A stretch of 64,000 nucleotides of DNA from sequence record LC727697.1; one strand, written 5' to 3'. A model generated the notes under the pieces. The model did no database searches. It worked only from the letters and a program-made list of their open reading frames with translations, and had not been told where the DNA came from. The translations under genes and the position numbers were made by a program. Shown here piece by piece: positions 1-8,006 of the stretch (its first letter is position 1; each line of letters begins with the position of its first letter).

Positions 1-56
1 ATAAGATTAATTTGCATTTACAACTAGGACATAAAAGGAAAGGGGCAGTTGCCCCT
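1..56. repeat. 56-bp direct repeat copy 1 (operator + terminator; truncated by window edge)
   Basis: Identical to 585-640: ATAAGATTAATTTGCATTTACAACTAGGACATAAAAGGAAAGGGGCAGTTGCCCCT. Confidence 0.95.
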
Positions 57-61
57 ATCTC

Positions 62-352
62 TTATTGTTTGGATAACTTCATTGTCAGCACTGCTACTTC
101 GAGGTCGTCTTTCATTACGCGCCAAAGACCGGTATGTGCCCAGACCACCCTACGTCCACTTACATACTCCATAATGGGACGTGCGAGCTGAGTAACAGTG
201 GTCATCTCTTCTTCAGTAGTATGACCCTTTAGTTTGAACGAAACTTCGATGTTCGGTTTCGTTATATGATTCACTGTGCGCTTACCGAGAACTTCGACAT
301 TAAACAGCGCTAGTTCTTTCTCGAAGCGCTTGTTCACAATCGACATATCCAT
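62..352 (-). CDS. hypothetical protein
   Basis: 96-aa ORF, GGAG upstream, followed directly by terminator hairpin. Confidence 0.75.
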   Translation of the reverse strand: MDMSIVNKRFEKELALFNVEVLGKRTVNHITKPNIEVSFKLKGHTTEEEMTTVTQLARPIMEYVSGRRVVWAHTGLWRVMKDDLEVAVLTMKLSKQ

Positions 353-366
353 TTACTTGCTCCAGG

Positions 367-504
367 CTAATGTGATGTGCGTCTTATCCTCGTACATGCT
401 AGCAGAGCAAGCATCGGGCTTGCAACCGAGTTCTTCGAACATACGCTGTAGGCGAACTTGGCACTGACATGCTCGAACTGTGCCTTTAGGTACTTGCGCT
501 TCAT
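367..504 (-). CDS. small hypothetical protein (45 aa, MKRKYLKAQF...)
   Basis: Manual translation; GGAG Shine-Dalgarno upstream of ATG. Confidence 0.5.
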   Translation of the reverse strand: MKRKYLKAQFEHVSAKFAYSVCSKNSVASPMLALLACTRIRRTSH

Positions 505-574
505 AGCAATTACTCCGTATAGCTACATATATGCTAACATCTTACCGCAGTAATGCAACAGGAGATTGACTTGT

Positions 575-606
575 GCAAATGCAAATAAGATTAATTTGCA
601 TTTACA
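575..606. promoter_or_regulatory. hexamer-phased operator (Fur-box-like)
   Basis: GCAAAT GCAAAT AAGATT A ATTTGC ATTTAC. Confidence 0.7.
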
Positions 607-640
607 ACTAGGACATAAAAGGAAAGGGGCAGTTGCCCCT
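585..640. repeat. 56-bp direct repeat copy 2
   Basis: Identical to 1-56. Confidence 0.95.
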
Positions 641-645
641 TTCCT
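617..645 (-). terminator. intrinsic terminator
   Basis: AGGAAAGGGGC-AGTT-GCCCCTTTCCT stem, T-run on minus strand, just after stop of 659-1114. Confidence 0.85.
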
Positions 646-658
646 GTGTTAGCAGCGC

Positions 659-1114
659 TTACTTTTTGCTGCCGCCTTTGCTGCCGCCTTTGCGGGCGGG
701 CTTAGCTTCGGCTGCCGGGGTCTCCGGCGCATCCTCGGTCTGCGCCGCCGGGGCTTCTGCTTGCGCTTCTGCCGTTGCCTGGGCATCGGTCTGCGCCGCC
801 GGCGCGGGGAGGGGTTGCCCTTGTTCGCCGTTGCTAACGGAGTGCTTTACTGCATCCTCGAACGCCCGTGCAATGCGGATTGCACTGAACACGCCTTCCT
901 GTGCAAACTGCACCTCTACGCCGTTAACGGTAGCGTGCATGCTCGCGTTCCAGCTACGCTGGGTTTTTGTGCTGTAGAGCGGGAAAGCTTGCCCTACTAC
1001 TACCCCGTTAACTTTTAGGTCGAGCACACTTCCGACCTCCTTGTTAGCGGTGCGCACGATGCGCAGGGTGCCGATGTTCTCTACCGTTACAGCAGGGATG
1101 CTTACATTAGACAT
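659..1114 (-). CDS. early protein with Ala/Pro/Lys-rich tail; paralog of 18824-19528
   Basis: GC-rich codon usage, GGAG SD; shares NGVV.GQ...R.W.A...VQF.Q..VFSAIRI.R with 18824-19528. Confidence 0.85.
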   Translation of the reverse strand: MSNVSIPAVTVENIGTLRIVRTANKEVGSVLDLKVNGVVVGQAFPLYSTKTQRSWNASMHATVNGVEVQFAQEGVFSAIRIARAFEDAVKHSVSNGEQGQPLPAPAAQTDAQATAEAQAEAPAAQTEDAPETPAAEAKPARKGGSKGGSKK

Positions 1115-1146
1115 AGCTTGTACTCCGTTGTGTTGTTTATGTGTGT

Positions 1147-1175
1147 AGCTTACTAGGGATGCTACACTGTGTCTA
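1147..1175 (-). promoter_or_regulatory. sigma70-type promoter
   Basis: TAGACA-17-TAAGCT with upstream A-tracts. Confidence 0.7.
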
Positions 1176-1462
1176 CTACTTTTTAAAAACTTTTATGCTT
1201 GCAAGCACATTGCTTGTTTGCATGTCTGTAGTGTGTAGGATTTCGCAGGTATTGTACAATTGTATATTTCTATTAAGACAGGCACGTTAATAGACGACGT
1301 CTTTTCTGCATTTTGCTATGTAAAGCTACAGGTGTGCGCATGCGCATGGGCCCTAAAACGCGCTACAAGCGCGCATAACAGCGTTTGTGCGCGTAGCTGT
1401 ACTAACGCATTGCTTAGCACTACTACGCAGCATACAGCGCTTACAGCGCTTTTAGCGGCATT

Positions 1463-1573
1463 GCAAATGTGAATTATTCTTATTCTATCTATTGTAGCAA
1501 ATAAGAATTAATCGCAATTACAAATAAGAATTATTTACATCACTAAATGCAAATAAGAATAATTATTATTTGT
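1463..1573. promoter_or_regulatory. cluster of four Fur-box-like operators
   Basis: GCAAAT GTGAAT T ATTCTT (1463); GCAAAT AAGAAT T AATCGC (1497); ACAAAT AAGAAT T ATTTAC (1520); GCAAAT AAGAAT A ATTATT ATTTGT (1549). Confidence 0.7.
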
Positions 1574-1589
1574 ATTTGCAATGATAAAA

Positions 1590-1661
1590 GATAAAGAAAA
1601 AGATAAAGATAAAGAAAAAGATATTGAAAAAGAAAAAGATATTGATAATGAAAAAGAAACT
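1590..1661 (+). repeat. 12 in-phase purine-rich hexamers GA(T/A)ANN
   Basis: G at 1590, 1596 ... 1656; units GATAAA/GAAAAA/GATATT/GATAAT/GAAACT. Confidence 0.9.
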
Positions 1662-1664
1662 AAA

Positions 1665-2009
1665 TTATTTCTTTCTTTTATAAATTATTGACTGAACGGT
1701 AATACAGAATATATAAGTCAAAACTGACATAAAATAATAACTTGTTATAAGAATGGTTATTATTAAACACGAAACAAATGTAGTTATATTGACTGGATTT
1801 TTCAATCCTATATAATATAAAGGAGTTATAAGTAAAAACAATAATAACGTCGTAAGGAACAACGAAATGGTTTGCATGAATATGTCGTGAATAAATGACA
1901 TTTTATCATATGAAAAATATATACATCCGACACTACAGCGAAATATATTAAAACCATTATACAATGGATAATGTCTTTTACTTATTATACTTTTATTATC
2001 AAACAACAT
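1665..2009 (-). CDS. hypothetical membrane protein
   Basis: 114-aa ORF with two hydrophobic segments; start uncertain. Confidence 0.5.
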   Translation of the reverse strand: MLFDNKSIISKRHYPLYNGFNIFRCSVGCIYFSYDKMSFIHDIFMQTISLFLTTLLLFLLITPLYYIGLKNPVNITTFVSCLIITILITSYYFMSVLTYIFCITVQSIIYKRKK

Positions 2010-2416
2010 ATAGGTATTAAAGATAATCGTATAGGATAAAATAAATTGTATTTCTTAATACGTTTATGCGTATGTACATGCGTATGCAAACACATATAGC
2101 ACACTCATATTCGCATTTTATATTGCAATGCAAGGTTGAGATAAGAATCCAAAATTCAAATATAACTTTTGTAATATGATTTAGGAAATATATTTCATAG
2201 AATGGTTTTTGATATAAATGTAAGTAGCTAATTAGATATGATTATTGTATTTCATTTAAAAAGTGTCCAGTAAAATGTGCGACGAGGTGTTTCTAGTGAT
2301 ACATATCCTATAGAATATTTCGCTGTACTTAACCTTATTCTCTTATTGTTTAAAATTACTATGTATTCTGTCCATTTGCTAAGATAAAAAATTGATGACA
2401 TTTAACACCTACAATG

Positions 2417-2446
2417 AAAGGAAGGGGTTAAACCCCCTTCCTTTTT
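2417..2446. terminator. intrinsic terminator (bidirectional-like)
   Basis: AAAGGAAGGGG-TTAAA-CCCCTTCCTTT. Confidence 0.8.
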
Positions 2447-2672
2447 ATTTAACTATTATCACTAATGCTATGAACACTATGCCCCATGCAATGTCTCCGT
2501 TAAATATAGCACCAATCCCGACAATGACCGAAAATACATCAATTAATGATCCTTTTCGTTCGGGCGACATAAATGCTGTGCATAGCAACAGTGCGATAAA
2601 ATACCAGATATTTCCAGTAACAATTGCAACAATAGAAGCTATGCATGCAACTATATTAGCAAGACCGCCCAT
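2445..2672 (-). CDS. small membrane protein
   Basis: Multiple hydrophobic helices; GGGG SD-like upstream. Confidence 0.7.
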   Translation of the reverse strand: MGGLANIVACIASIVAIVTGNIWYFIALLLCTAFMSPERKGSLIDVFSVIVGIGAIFNGDIAWGIVFIALVIIVK

Positions 2673-2673
2673 A

Positions 2674-3402
2674 TTATCCCCCTTGGGTCACGATGTATTC
2701 CCAATTAAGCCGGGTGACTCGACCGTCGACATTGCTGCGAATGCTCACTTGATCGTCGATTCCGCAGATGTTACCTTGTACATATTTCCATCGGGCAACA
2801 TCGTTGGGATACGAACGAAGGGGAACTACAGCCATAACTTCTTGCCCGAGATGATACCACCCGATGTCCAGATCGCTTTGCAAGCGGGCATATACGAGGC
2901 GAATCAATTCGGGACTAACAGACCATACCAAGTCTTTCTCTACATCCCACCACAAGACTGCCCCGCCGCGGATGGCCTTGCCGTCACTGAAGTAGTTACT
3001 GAATGAACAGAACTCGTCAGTAGTGTAGTCGAGGATCTCCCGACGATATTGTTCCCTGACCATCGAACCCGGTGCAAGGCACATACCATACACCGGAAAG
3101 TATCGGAAGAAGCAGCTCATGTTGCTTACTTGCAACGGCTGATCATCGTCATCGTAAACTTGAAACACCGTAGGGCTCGACTCGACTGAGCGGAAAGAAG
3201 AAACGAAGTTTTTAACACTCTCTTCGAATCCATCCAGCCGACCGGTGGTAGGACGCAACCATTTCAGCAGACCAGTGTTGTCCATGTCTACGTTTACGCT
3301 AAAAGAAAGATACTTAGACATAATATAATCTCTTATAAAAAGGTTATTTGGATCTGTTCTTGCTTTCGTGCATATTATTGCGCATATTGCTATATGCGTC
3401 AA
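2674..3402 (-). CDS. hypothetical protein (likely start MSKYLSF at 3321)
   Basis: Long ORF, GC-richer core. Confidence 0.75.
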   Translation of the reverse strand: MTHIAICAIICTKARTDPNNLFIRDYIMSKYLSFSVNVDMDNTGLLKWLRPTTGRLDGFEESVKNFVSSFRSVESSPTVFQVYDDDDQPLQVSNMSCFFRYFPVYGMCLAPGSMVREQYRREILDYTTDEFCSFSNYFSDGKAIRGGAVLWWDVEKDLVWSVSPELIRLVYARLQSDLDIGWYHLGQEVMAVVPLRSYPNDVARWKYVQGNICGIDDQVSIRSNVDGRVTRLNWEYIVTQGG

Positions 3403-3413
3403 CAGGTATTTTA

Positions 3414-3932
3414 TTATAAAAATTTGTCAGTAAATGCCTTAGCAATAGAAGTACGAATGTTAATAGGTACCCATTCGCACATGAGCAAATCTACCATATT
3501 GCACGATCCTTCCATAGAGATAAGTTTTGTAGTTGTAATATCGTTATCAAAAAGATAGTGAAGATCTGGTTCTATATCGGAAATATTTACTTCTACCCCG
3601 CCCGAATTGATAAGAGTTAGCTGCAATGGCCTGTCAAAGAAAACACCTTCTGAACTAACTCTGTCTTTTATTTCATTAACGAATTCTACCAATTCGTCGT
3701 AGCCTGTGTAAAAGCTACAGAACCAAGTTCTACGTTCTATCTTCTCGAAATACAATTTTGCAGGAAGCTGCATAATTTCTTCGTAAACTTTTTCTACAAA
3801 ATTATCCGATGAAGTATCTACTTCAAACCGAATAAAAATATTACCATTCATTTTATGAAGTTTCATTTTTACAACCTCGCATGTTGGTATCTTATATATT
3901 AAAACTATACATACTATTATGTGTGAATTCAA
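3414..3932 (-). CDS. hypothetical protein (likely start MKMKLH near 3869)
   Basis: ORF downstream of promoter 3904-3932. Confidence 0.75.
   Translation of the reverse strand: MNSHIIVCIVLIYKIPTCEVVKMKLHKMNGNIFIRFEVDTSSDNFVEKVYEEIMQLPAKLYFEKIERRTWFCSFYTGYDELVEFVNEIKDRVSSEGVFFDRPLQLTLINSGGVEVNISDIEPDLHYLFDNDITTTKLISMEGSCNMVDLLMCEWVPINIRTSIAKAFTDKFL
3904..3932 (-). promoter_or_regulatory. sigma70-type promoter
   Basis: TTGAAT-17-TATAGT with TG extension. Confidence 0.75.
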
Positions 3933-3949
3933 GCACTAAATTGTAACAA

Positions 3950-3968
3950 GTAAATAAGATTAATTTGC
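3950..3968. promoter_or_regulatory. Fur-box-like operator
   Basis: GTAAAT AAGATT A ATTTGC between terminator and promoter. Confidence 0.7.
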
Positions 3969-3985
3969 ACTTACACTTAACATTC

Positions 3986-4015
3986 AAAAGGAAAGGGGCT
4001 TAAATCCCCTTTCCT
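3986..4015 (-). terminator. intrinsic terminator
   Basis: AGGAAAGGGG-CTTAAAT-CCCCTTTCCT. Confidence 0.8.
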
Positions 4016-4045
4016 AATAAATGTAGTTCACACCCAGTGGCGGCA

Positions 4046-4243
4046 TCAAACAGCATTGGTGATTGGAAGATCTGTATAATACTGAACAAGACGTTCAGTA
4101 TACATGTATTCCTGTAAATCTAAGCGAACTGCATTGTCTTTCAGTTCGCTATAGAAATGCTCACAGTTGAGTTGCTGCATTACATCAACCCATGCAGAAA
4201 GAATTTCTCTCGATGCATGTTCTACTCCGAGTGTGCTACGCAT
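4046..4243 (-). CDS. hypothetical protein
   Basis: 65 aa, AGGAG SD, own promoter and terminator. Confidence 0.7.
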   Translation of the reverse strand: MRSTLGVEHASREILSAWVDVMQQLNCEHFYSELKDNAVRLDLQEYMYTERLVQYYTDLPITNAV

Positions 4244-4316
4244 GATATAATCTCCTGCGTTGTTTTATGTACAACTACATAATAGCACATTTAGAGCTAT
4301 TGTAAAGCGGTTTCTG

Positions 4317-4532
4317 TTATAGCAACGACAGGTCTGTCGTGTTAATAGTCTTATATATTTCACTAAAATAAAGGATATCGTAGTAAGAACCGCGCTGGCC
4401 AGTAAACATATACGATGTCCCTTCATGAACAATAATAGAAGTATCCATGATCTCGGGGTTAATTTCGTTATCTACCGAAAATTCAGCGACAACACCATTG
4501 CTACGGTTTTGAAGAATGATTTTGTATTTCAT
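4317..4532 (-). CDS. hypothetical protein
   Basis: 71-aa ORF with GAGG SD. Confidence 0.7.
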   Translation of the reverse strand: MKYKIILQNRSNGVVAEFSVDNEINPEIMDTSIIVHEGTSYMFTGQRGSYYDILYFSEIYKTINTTDLSLL

Positions 4533-4814
4533 TTGCTTTTCCTCGTAGATAAAAGAGTACTTCTTTTCTGTTCAATGCATGATAAATGCACTATTGATAT
4601 AATATCTAGCAGTTGAAGTTTCTTATCAAAATTCTCAGCAAACTTAATCTTTAGACAAAGAATGAACTTCATCTTTGTTCTTTTGGTGCTATATGCTTAC
4701 ATTTTTATTATAAACTATTATAGCATGATTGTATTTTATATAAACAGAAAGTTTGTAACAGGTTCTGCAAATTCTAATTATTTGCGATTGCATATATCAA
4801 AAAATATAGAACTA

Positions 4815-5156
4815 TTATTTTTGTTCAAAGTATACCCAAACATATGCAAACTCGGGAGCTCGCATGATATGTGCTATAACTTTCTCTTTATTACAATTAT
4901 TTAATTCATCTACTTGTTTTTTCAATTGTTGAACAGCTTTAAATATTTGTTCCTTATTCTGAGTATAAGTACACTCAAAAAAGAATCCATCATTTAACTT
5001 TCCATCGTTATCAATAAAAGCAAGACCTACCATATCTTCGCCGACAACTATAAATTTGTCAGTGACAGGAATATTGTCTAGATCGGAAATTGTAGTAACT
5101 TCGTTGAGTTTCATAATTTCTCTTTTTACTACGAATATGTAAATATTATCTATCAA
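4815..5156 (-). CDS. hypothetical protein
   Basis: ORF in co-oriented operon. Confidence 0.65.
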   Translation of the reverse strand: MIDNIYIFVVKREIMKLNEVTTISDLDNIPVTDKFIVVGEDMVGLAFIDNDGKLNDGFFFECTYTQNKEQIFKAVQQLKKQVDELNNCNKEKVIAHIMRAPEFAYVWVYFEQK

Positions 5157-5340
5157 TAATATTGTCTACTTCAGACAATGCACGCATCATATCTATTACA
5201 GACCCAATTCCTGTTACAGTTACAACTAAGGCCATAAATACTATTATAGCAGCAGGTCCCAAGCCGTATTTGATAAAGATAGCATTAATTAATACTGCAA
5301 ACATAGACGGGACCAAAGCAAACAGATGTGCAAGATACAT
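5146..5340 (-). CDS. small membrane protein
   Basis: Two hydrophobic helices. Confidence 0.65.
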   Translation of the reverse strand: MYLAHLFALVPSMFAVLINAIFIKYGLGPAAIIVFMALVVTVTGIGSVIDMMRALSEVDNIIDR

Positions 5341-5350
5341 TACTACTTCC

Positions 5351-5554
5351 TTAGTACATAATGTATTTTTCTAGAATGATAAGCTCGGCAGTTGCATTAT
5401 CTTCTTCATAATATAGATTTGGCTGAGGCATATCACCCTGTTCGGAAAATTCGTTAATAAATGCTTGTCCTAGACGGAGTGGCTGACCGGATTTATTAGT
5501 GCTATAATAGTTTGCCTTCCATTTGGCAAAATCGCACATAGATAGTTTCTTCAT
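5351..5554 (-). CDS. hypothetical protein
   Basis: 67 aa; LRLGQAFIN motif typical of small phage proteins. Confidence 0.7.
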   Translation of the reverse strand: MKKLSMCDFAKWKANYYSTNKSGQPLRLGQAFINEFSEQGDMPQPNLYYEEDNATAELIILEKYIMY

Positions 5555-5569
5555 AATATCCCCTGAATA

Positions 5570-5776
5570 TTATTTGTATTGTTGAACAGAATAATCATGC
5601 CACATTTGATGTCCTCGAATCCATTCGTTACGTTCATACGGCTCATTTTTGGTATACGGGCAGTCTGTATATTTCTGCCCTAGTTTAGCTGCATGAACAC
5701 CTTCGCTAAACGGAGAAAAAGATGCACGCTCGCACAGAAATTCATCTACCAGCATGTCTGTTGTTTTGTTACTCAT
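5570..5776 (-). CDS. ribosome modulation factor (Rmf)-like protein
   Basis: EG..AA..G.....CPY......R.EW.RG pattern resembles Rmf GY.AG..G.....CPY....RS.WL.GW. Confidence 0.5.
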   Translation of the reverse strand: MSNKTTDMLVDEFLCERASFSPFSEGVHAAKLGQKYTDCPYTKNEPYERNEWIRGHQMWHDYSVQQYK

Positions 5777-6095
5777 TATACACCTCTTGTTTTTGTTGTG
5801 TAGTTTCGCACGGTGTTTCTTTTTTATCAGATAGTGCTGCGTTACCTGCTAATCCCATTCCTACCAAACACAATACTGCCGCAACTACCAGCCCCCAGCT
5901 GGGACCAGTATTATATTTGTGCTTTTGGATATCCATTAACACATTTTCACATACAGCATACGGATCATCTCCACCGCATGCTATGCAATTACAGTATACG
6001 CTCATTTTATTTCGACCCCTCTGAGAATTGTTTGTATTTCTAATTTCTCTTCTTCTACTTCGGGTGTTGGTATAGCATATACAATTACTTGGCAA
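5769..6095 (-). CDS. membrane protein (likely start MSVYCNC at 6005)
   Basis: Single TM segment, overlapping stop/start with 6002-6277. Confidence 0.6.
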   Translation of the reverse strand: MPSNCICYTNTRSRRREIRNTNNSQRGRNKMSVYCNCIACGGDDPYAVCENVLMDIQKHKYNTGPSWGLVVAAVLCLVGMGLAGNAALSDKKETPCETTQQKQEVYNE

Positions 6096-6277
6096 TTTTC
6101 ATTTCTTGGCAATTCTGCTTCGCAAGACTTTACAAGTTCTTTATACTGCATATATAACGAAGCAGACTCAGAATTCGACGCTAGGCTGTATCCTATCAGA
6201 ATGCCAGTTACAAAAAAACATATAGAAGAAATTATTAGTATTCTTTTAGCTCTGTGTGTATCAACATATTCATTCAC
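6002..6277 (-). CDS. membrane-anchored protein
   Basis: N-terminal TM, CE...C periplasmic part. Confidence 0.7.
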   Translation of the reverse strand: MNEYVDTHRAKRILIISSICFFVTGILIGYSLASNSESASLYMQYKELVKSCEAELPRNENCQVIVYAIPTPEVEEEKLEIQTILRGVEIK

Positions 6278-6470
6278 AGAACTTCTCCTAGCTTACAGTC
6301 TACTGCCTCTTCAAATTCAGCATAAGACATTTGCTGGTTATCGAAATAAATAACGTCATGAACGGCATCATAAATGTAAGTATAAATGTTGCCGAAATAT
6401 TTAATCTGCACAGAATTTAAAAGTTTCTTTTTCAGCGACATAACTGCTACTCCTGCGGATTTATGAGTTA

Positions 6471-6499
6471 AATGTACTATGTTAACAAGCTACAGTCAA
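6471..6499 (-). promoter_or_regulatory. sigma70-type promoter
   Basis: TTGACT-17-TACATT. Confidence 0.75.
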
Positions 6500-6518
6500 C
6501 TGGTATTTTTCTTAAATT

Positions 6519-6543
6519 GCAAATAAGATTAATTCGCGTTTGC
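6519..6543. promoter_or_regulatory. Fur-box-like operator (25-bp form)
   Basis: GCAAAT AAGATT A ATTCGC GTTTGC. Confidence 0.7.
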
Positions 6544-6557
6544 TAGTTAGCAGCCGC

Positions 6558-7042
6558 AAAAAAATCCCATCTAAGGGATCCTTTTGCCCAAAAACATTCG
6601 ATTCAGACATCTGTCTTTTAAACGAATCGAAGCGGTGTTTCGGCATTCATAATTATCATCATCATAATGTATATTTAATGCTGCGGCGGCATACTCTTCA
6701 CCTCCAGGAAGCATATAATAGTTTTAGGTTAATGATTCCTACTAGCACTAAGGCATATGCCAGTAGACCGTTTTAAGACCTGCTACAAAGCGGGGTAAAG
6801 CATAGATACATACAGTGTACCTTTGTAGCTGTCCCGCCTGTAGCAGCAAGGTCTAGCAGTGTCCAGGGGCAGGTACGTCATTGACCGATTTCCGATTTAA
6901 GGAAAGGTATGCTGCGCCTTCCACGTTACTAGACCTTGTACACCTGTTTGCCGCAGCCCGCGAACATCGCGGGCGGGCTGCTTGCGGGACGGTGTCTCCC
7001 GTTTAGTGTTGCTTACAATGCGTTATGCTGTATTGCTTTGTG
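6558..7042 (-). ncRNA. candidate structured ncRNA 1 (about 480 nt)
   Basis: Promoter 7048-7076, terminator-like hairpin 6558-6581, no long minus-strand ORF, many long helices. Confidence 0.7.
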
Positions 7043-7047
7043 TGTTT

Positions 7048-7076
7048 ATAATACGTAAAACTATGCATGCTGTAAA
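7048..7076 (-). promoter_or_regulatory. sigma70-type promoter
   Basis: TTTACA-17-TATTAT. Confidence 0.8.
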
Positions 7077-7295
7077 CTGAATTTTAAAACTTTTTGTGAT
7101 CTATTTTGTAACGCATGCAATGAAAATGAAGAATATTACATTGAAAAATATATAACTATTACAGACAAAATCTAATCTTTCCTTATAAAAAGTATAATCT
7201 TTATACAGTATCTGTTTATGCATTTTTATAGTTAATATATTAAAATATATCGATACTATTATAGATACAAATGCCTAAATACTTAAATAAAGCAT

Positions 7296-7484
7296 TCATT
7301 TCATCTCAACAAAGGCAAGTGCAAATATCATAAACGATATAACACATAGAATTACTCCGCCTATGCTGAAAATATAACTACCTACTAACCCTCCTAGCAT
7401 TAATCCTATTGTAGGATTATCTACCATAAATACGCCTAGTAACAGAACAATGATACCTATTACACTTGAAAGAGCTTTTTTCAT
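7296..7484 (-). CDS. small membrane protein
   Basis: Almost entirely hydrophobic, 62 aa. Confidence 0.7.
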   Translation of the reverse strand: MKKALSSVIGIIVLLLGVFMVDNPTIGLMLGGLVGSYIFSIGGVILCVISFMIFALAFVEMK

Positions 7485-7771
7485 AACCGAATTCCTTTAA
7501 TCGGGACAGATACTACTATGCATACACTGTCTTCTGCATTACATGCAAACATGTATTTCTTTTGTCCGTCATGCATTACACATTCGAACATTCCGTTAAC
7601 AGCATTATTGCAATTAACTTTCCCTGTTAATCCAAACTCTTCGTTTAGATATGTTTCTAGATCCTGTTCCATAATGAGGGTGCTCACATCTTTATTTGCA
7701 GAATCTGCTGCATAAGTATGAGCTATTACTGTGAGACCCAAAAATGCAACGAGACACAGTGTATTTTTCAT
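7481..7771 (-). CDS. exported/periplasmic protein with signal peptide
   Basis: Start MKNTLCLVAFLGLTVIAHTYA-A after GGAGA SD; four Cys in the mature part. Confidence 0.7.
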   Translation of the reverse strand: MKNTLCLVAFLGLTVIAHTYAADSANKDVSTLIMEQDLETYLNEEFGLTGKVNCNNAVNGMFECVMHDGQKKYMFACNAEDSVCIVVSVPIKGIRL

Positions 7772-7823
7772 TGTTGTATCTCCATAATAAATGTTTTTGT
7801 ATAGTTGATTGTTGCGTATGTTT

Positions 7824-7852
7824 AATATAACACCAACAAATGCATTGCACAA
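7824..7852 (-). promoter_or_regulatory. sigma70-type promoter
   Basis: TTGTGC-17-TATATT with TG extension. Confidence 0.6.
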
Positions 7853-7980
7853 TATGCAATTATAAGCTATATAACGCGCTTTTTAACGTTAGCAATATGT
7901 ATGTATTAGCTATGCAAATTTATGCGTTATAAAGCATCTTCGGTGCAAATGCGAATTATTTACGTTTATAAAAGAAAAAT

Positions 7981-8003
7981 AAAGGGGGATAATTCCCCCT
8001 TTA
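7981..8003. terminator. intrinsic terminator
   Basis: AAAGGGGGA-TAAT-TCCCCCTTT; operator variant GCAAAT GCGAAT T ATTTAC at 7945. Confidence 0.8.
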
Positions 8004-8006
8004 TTT

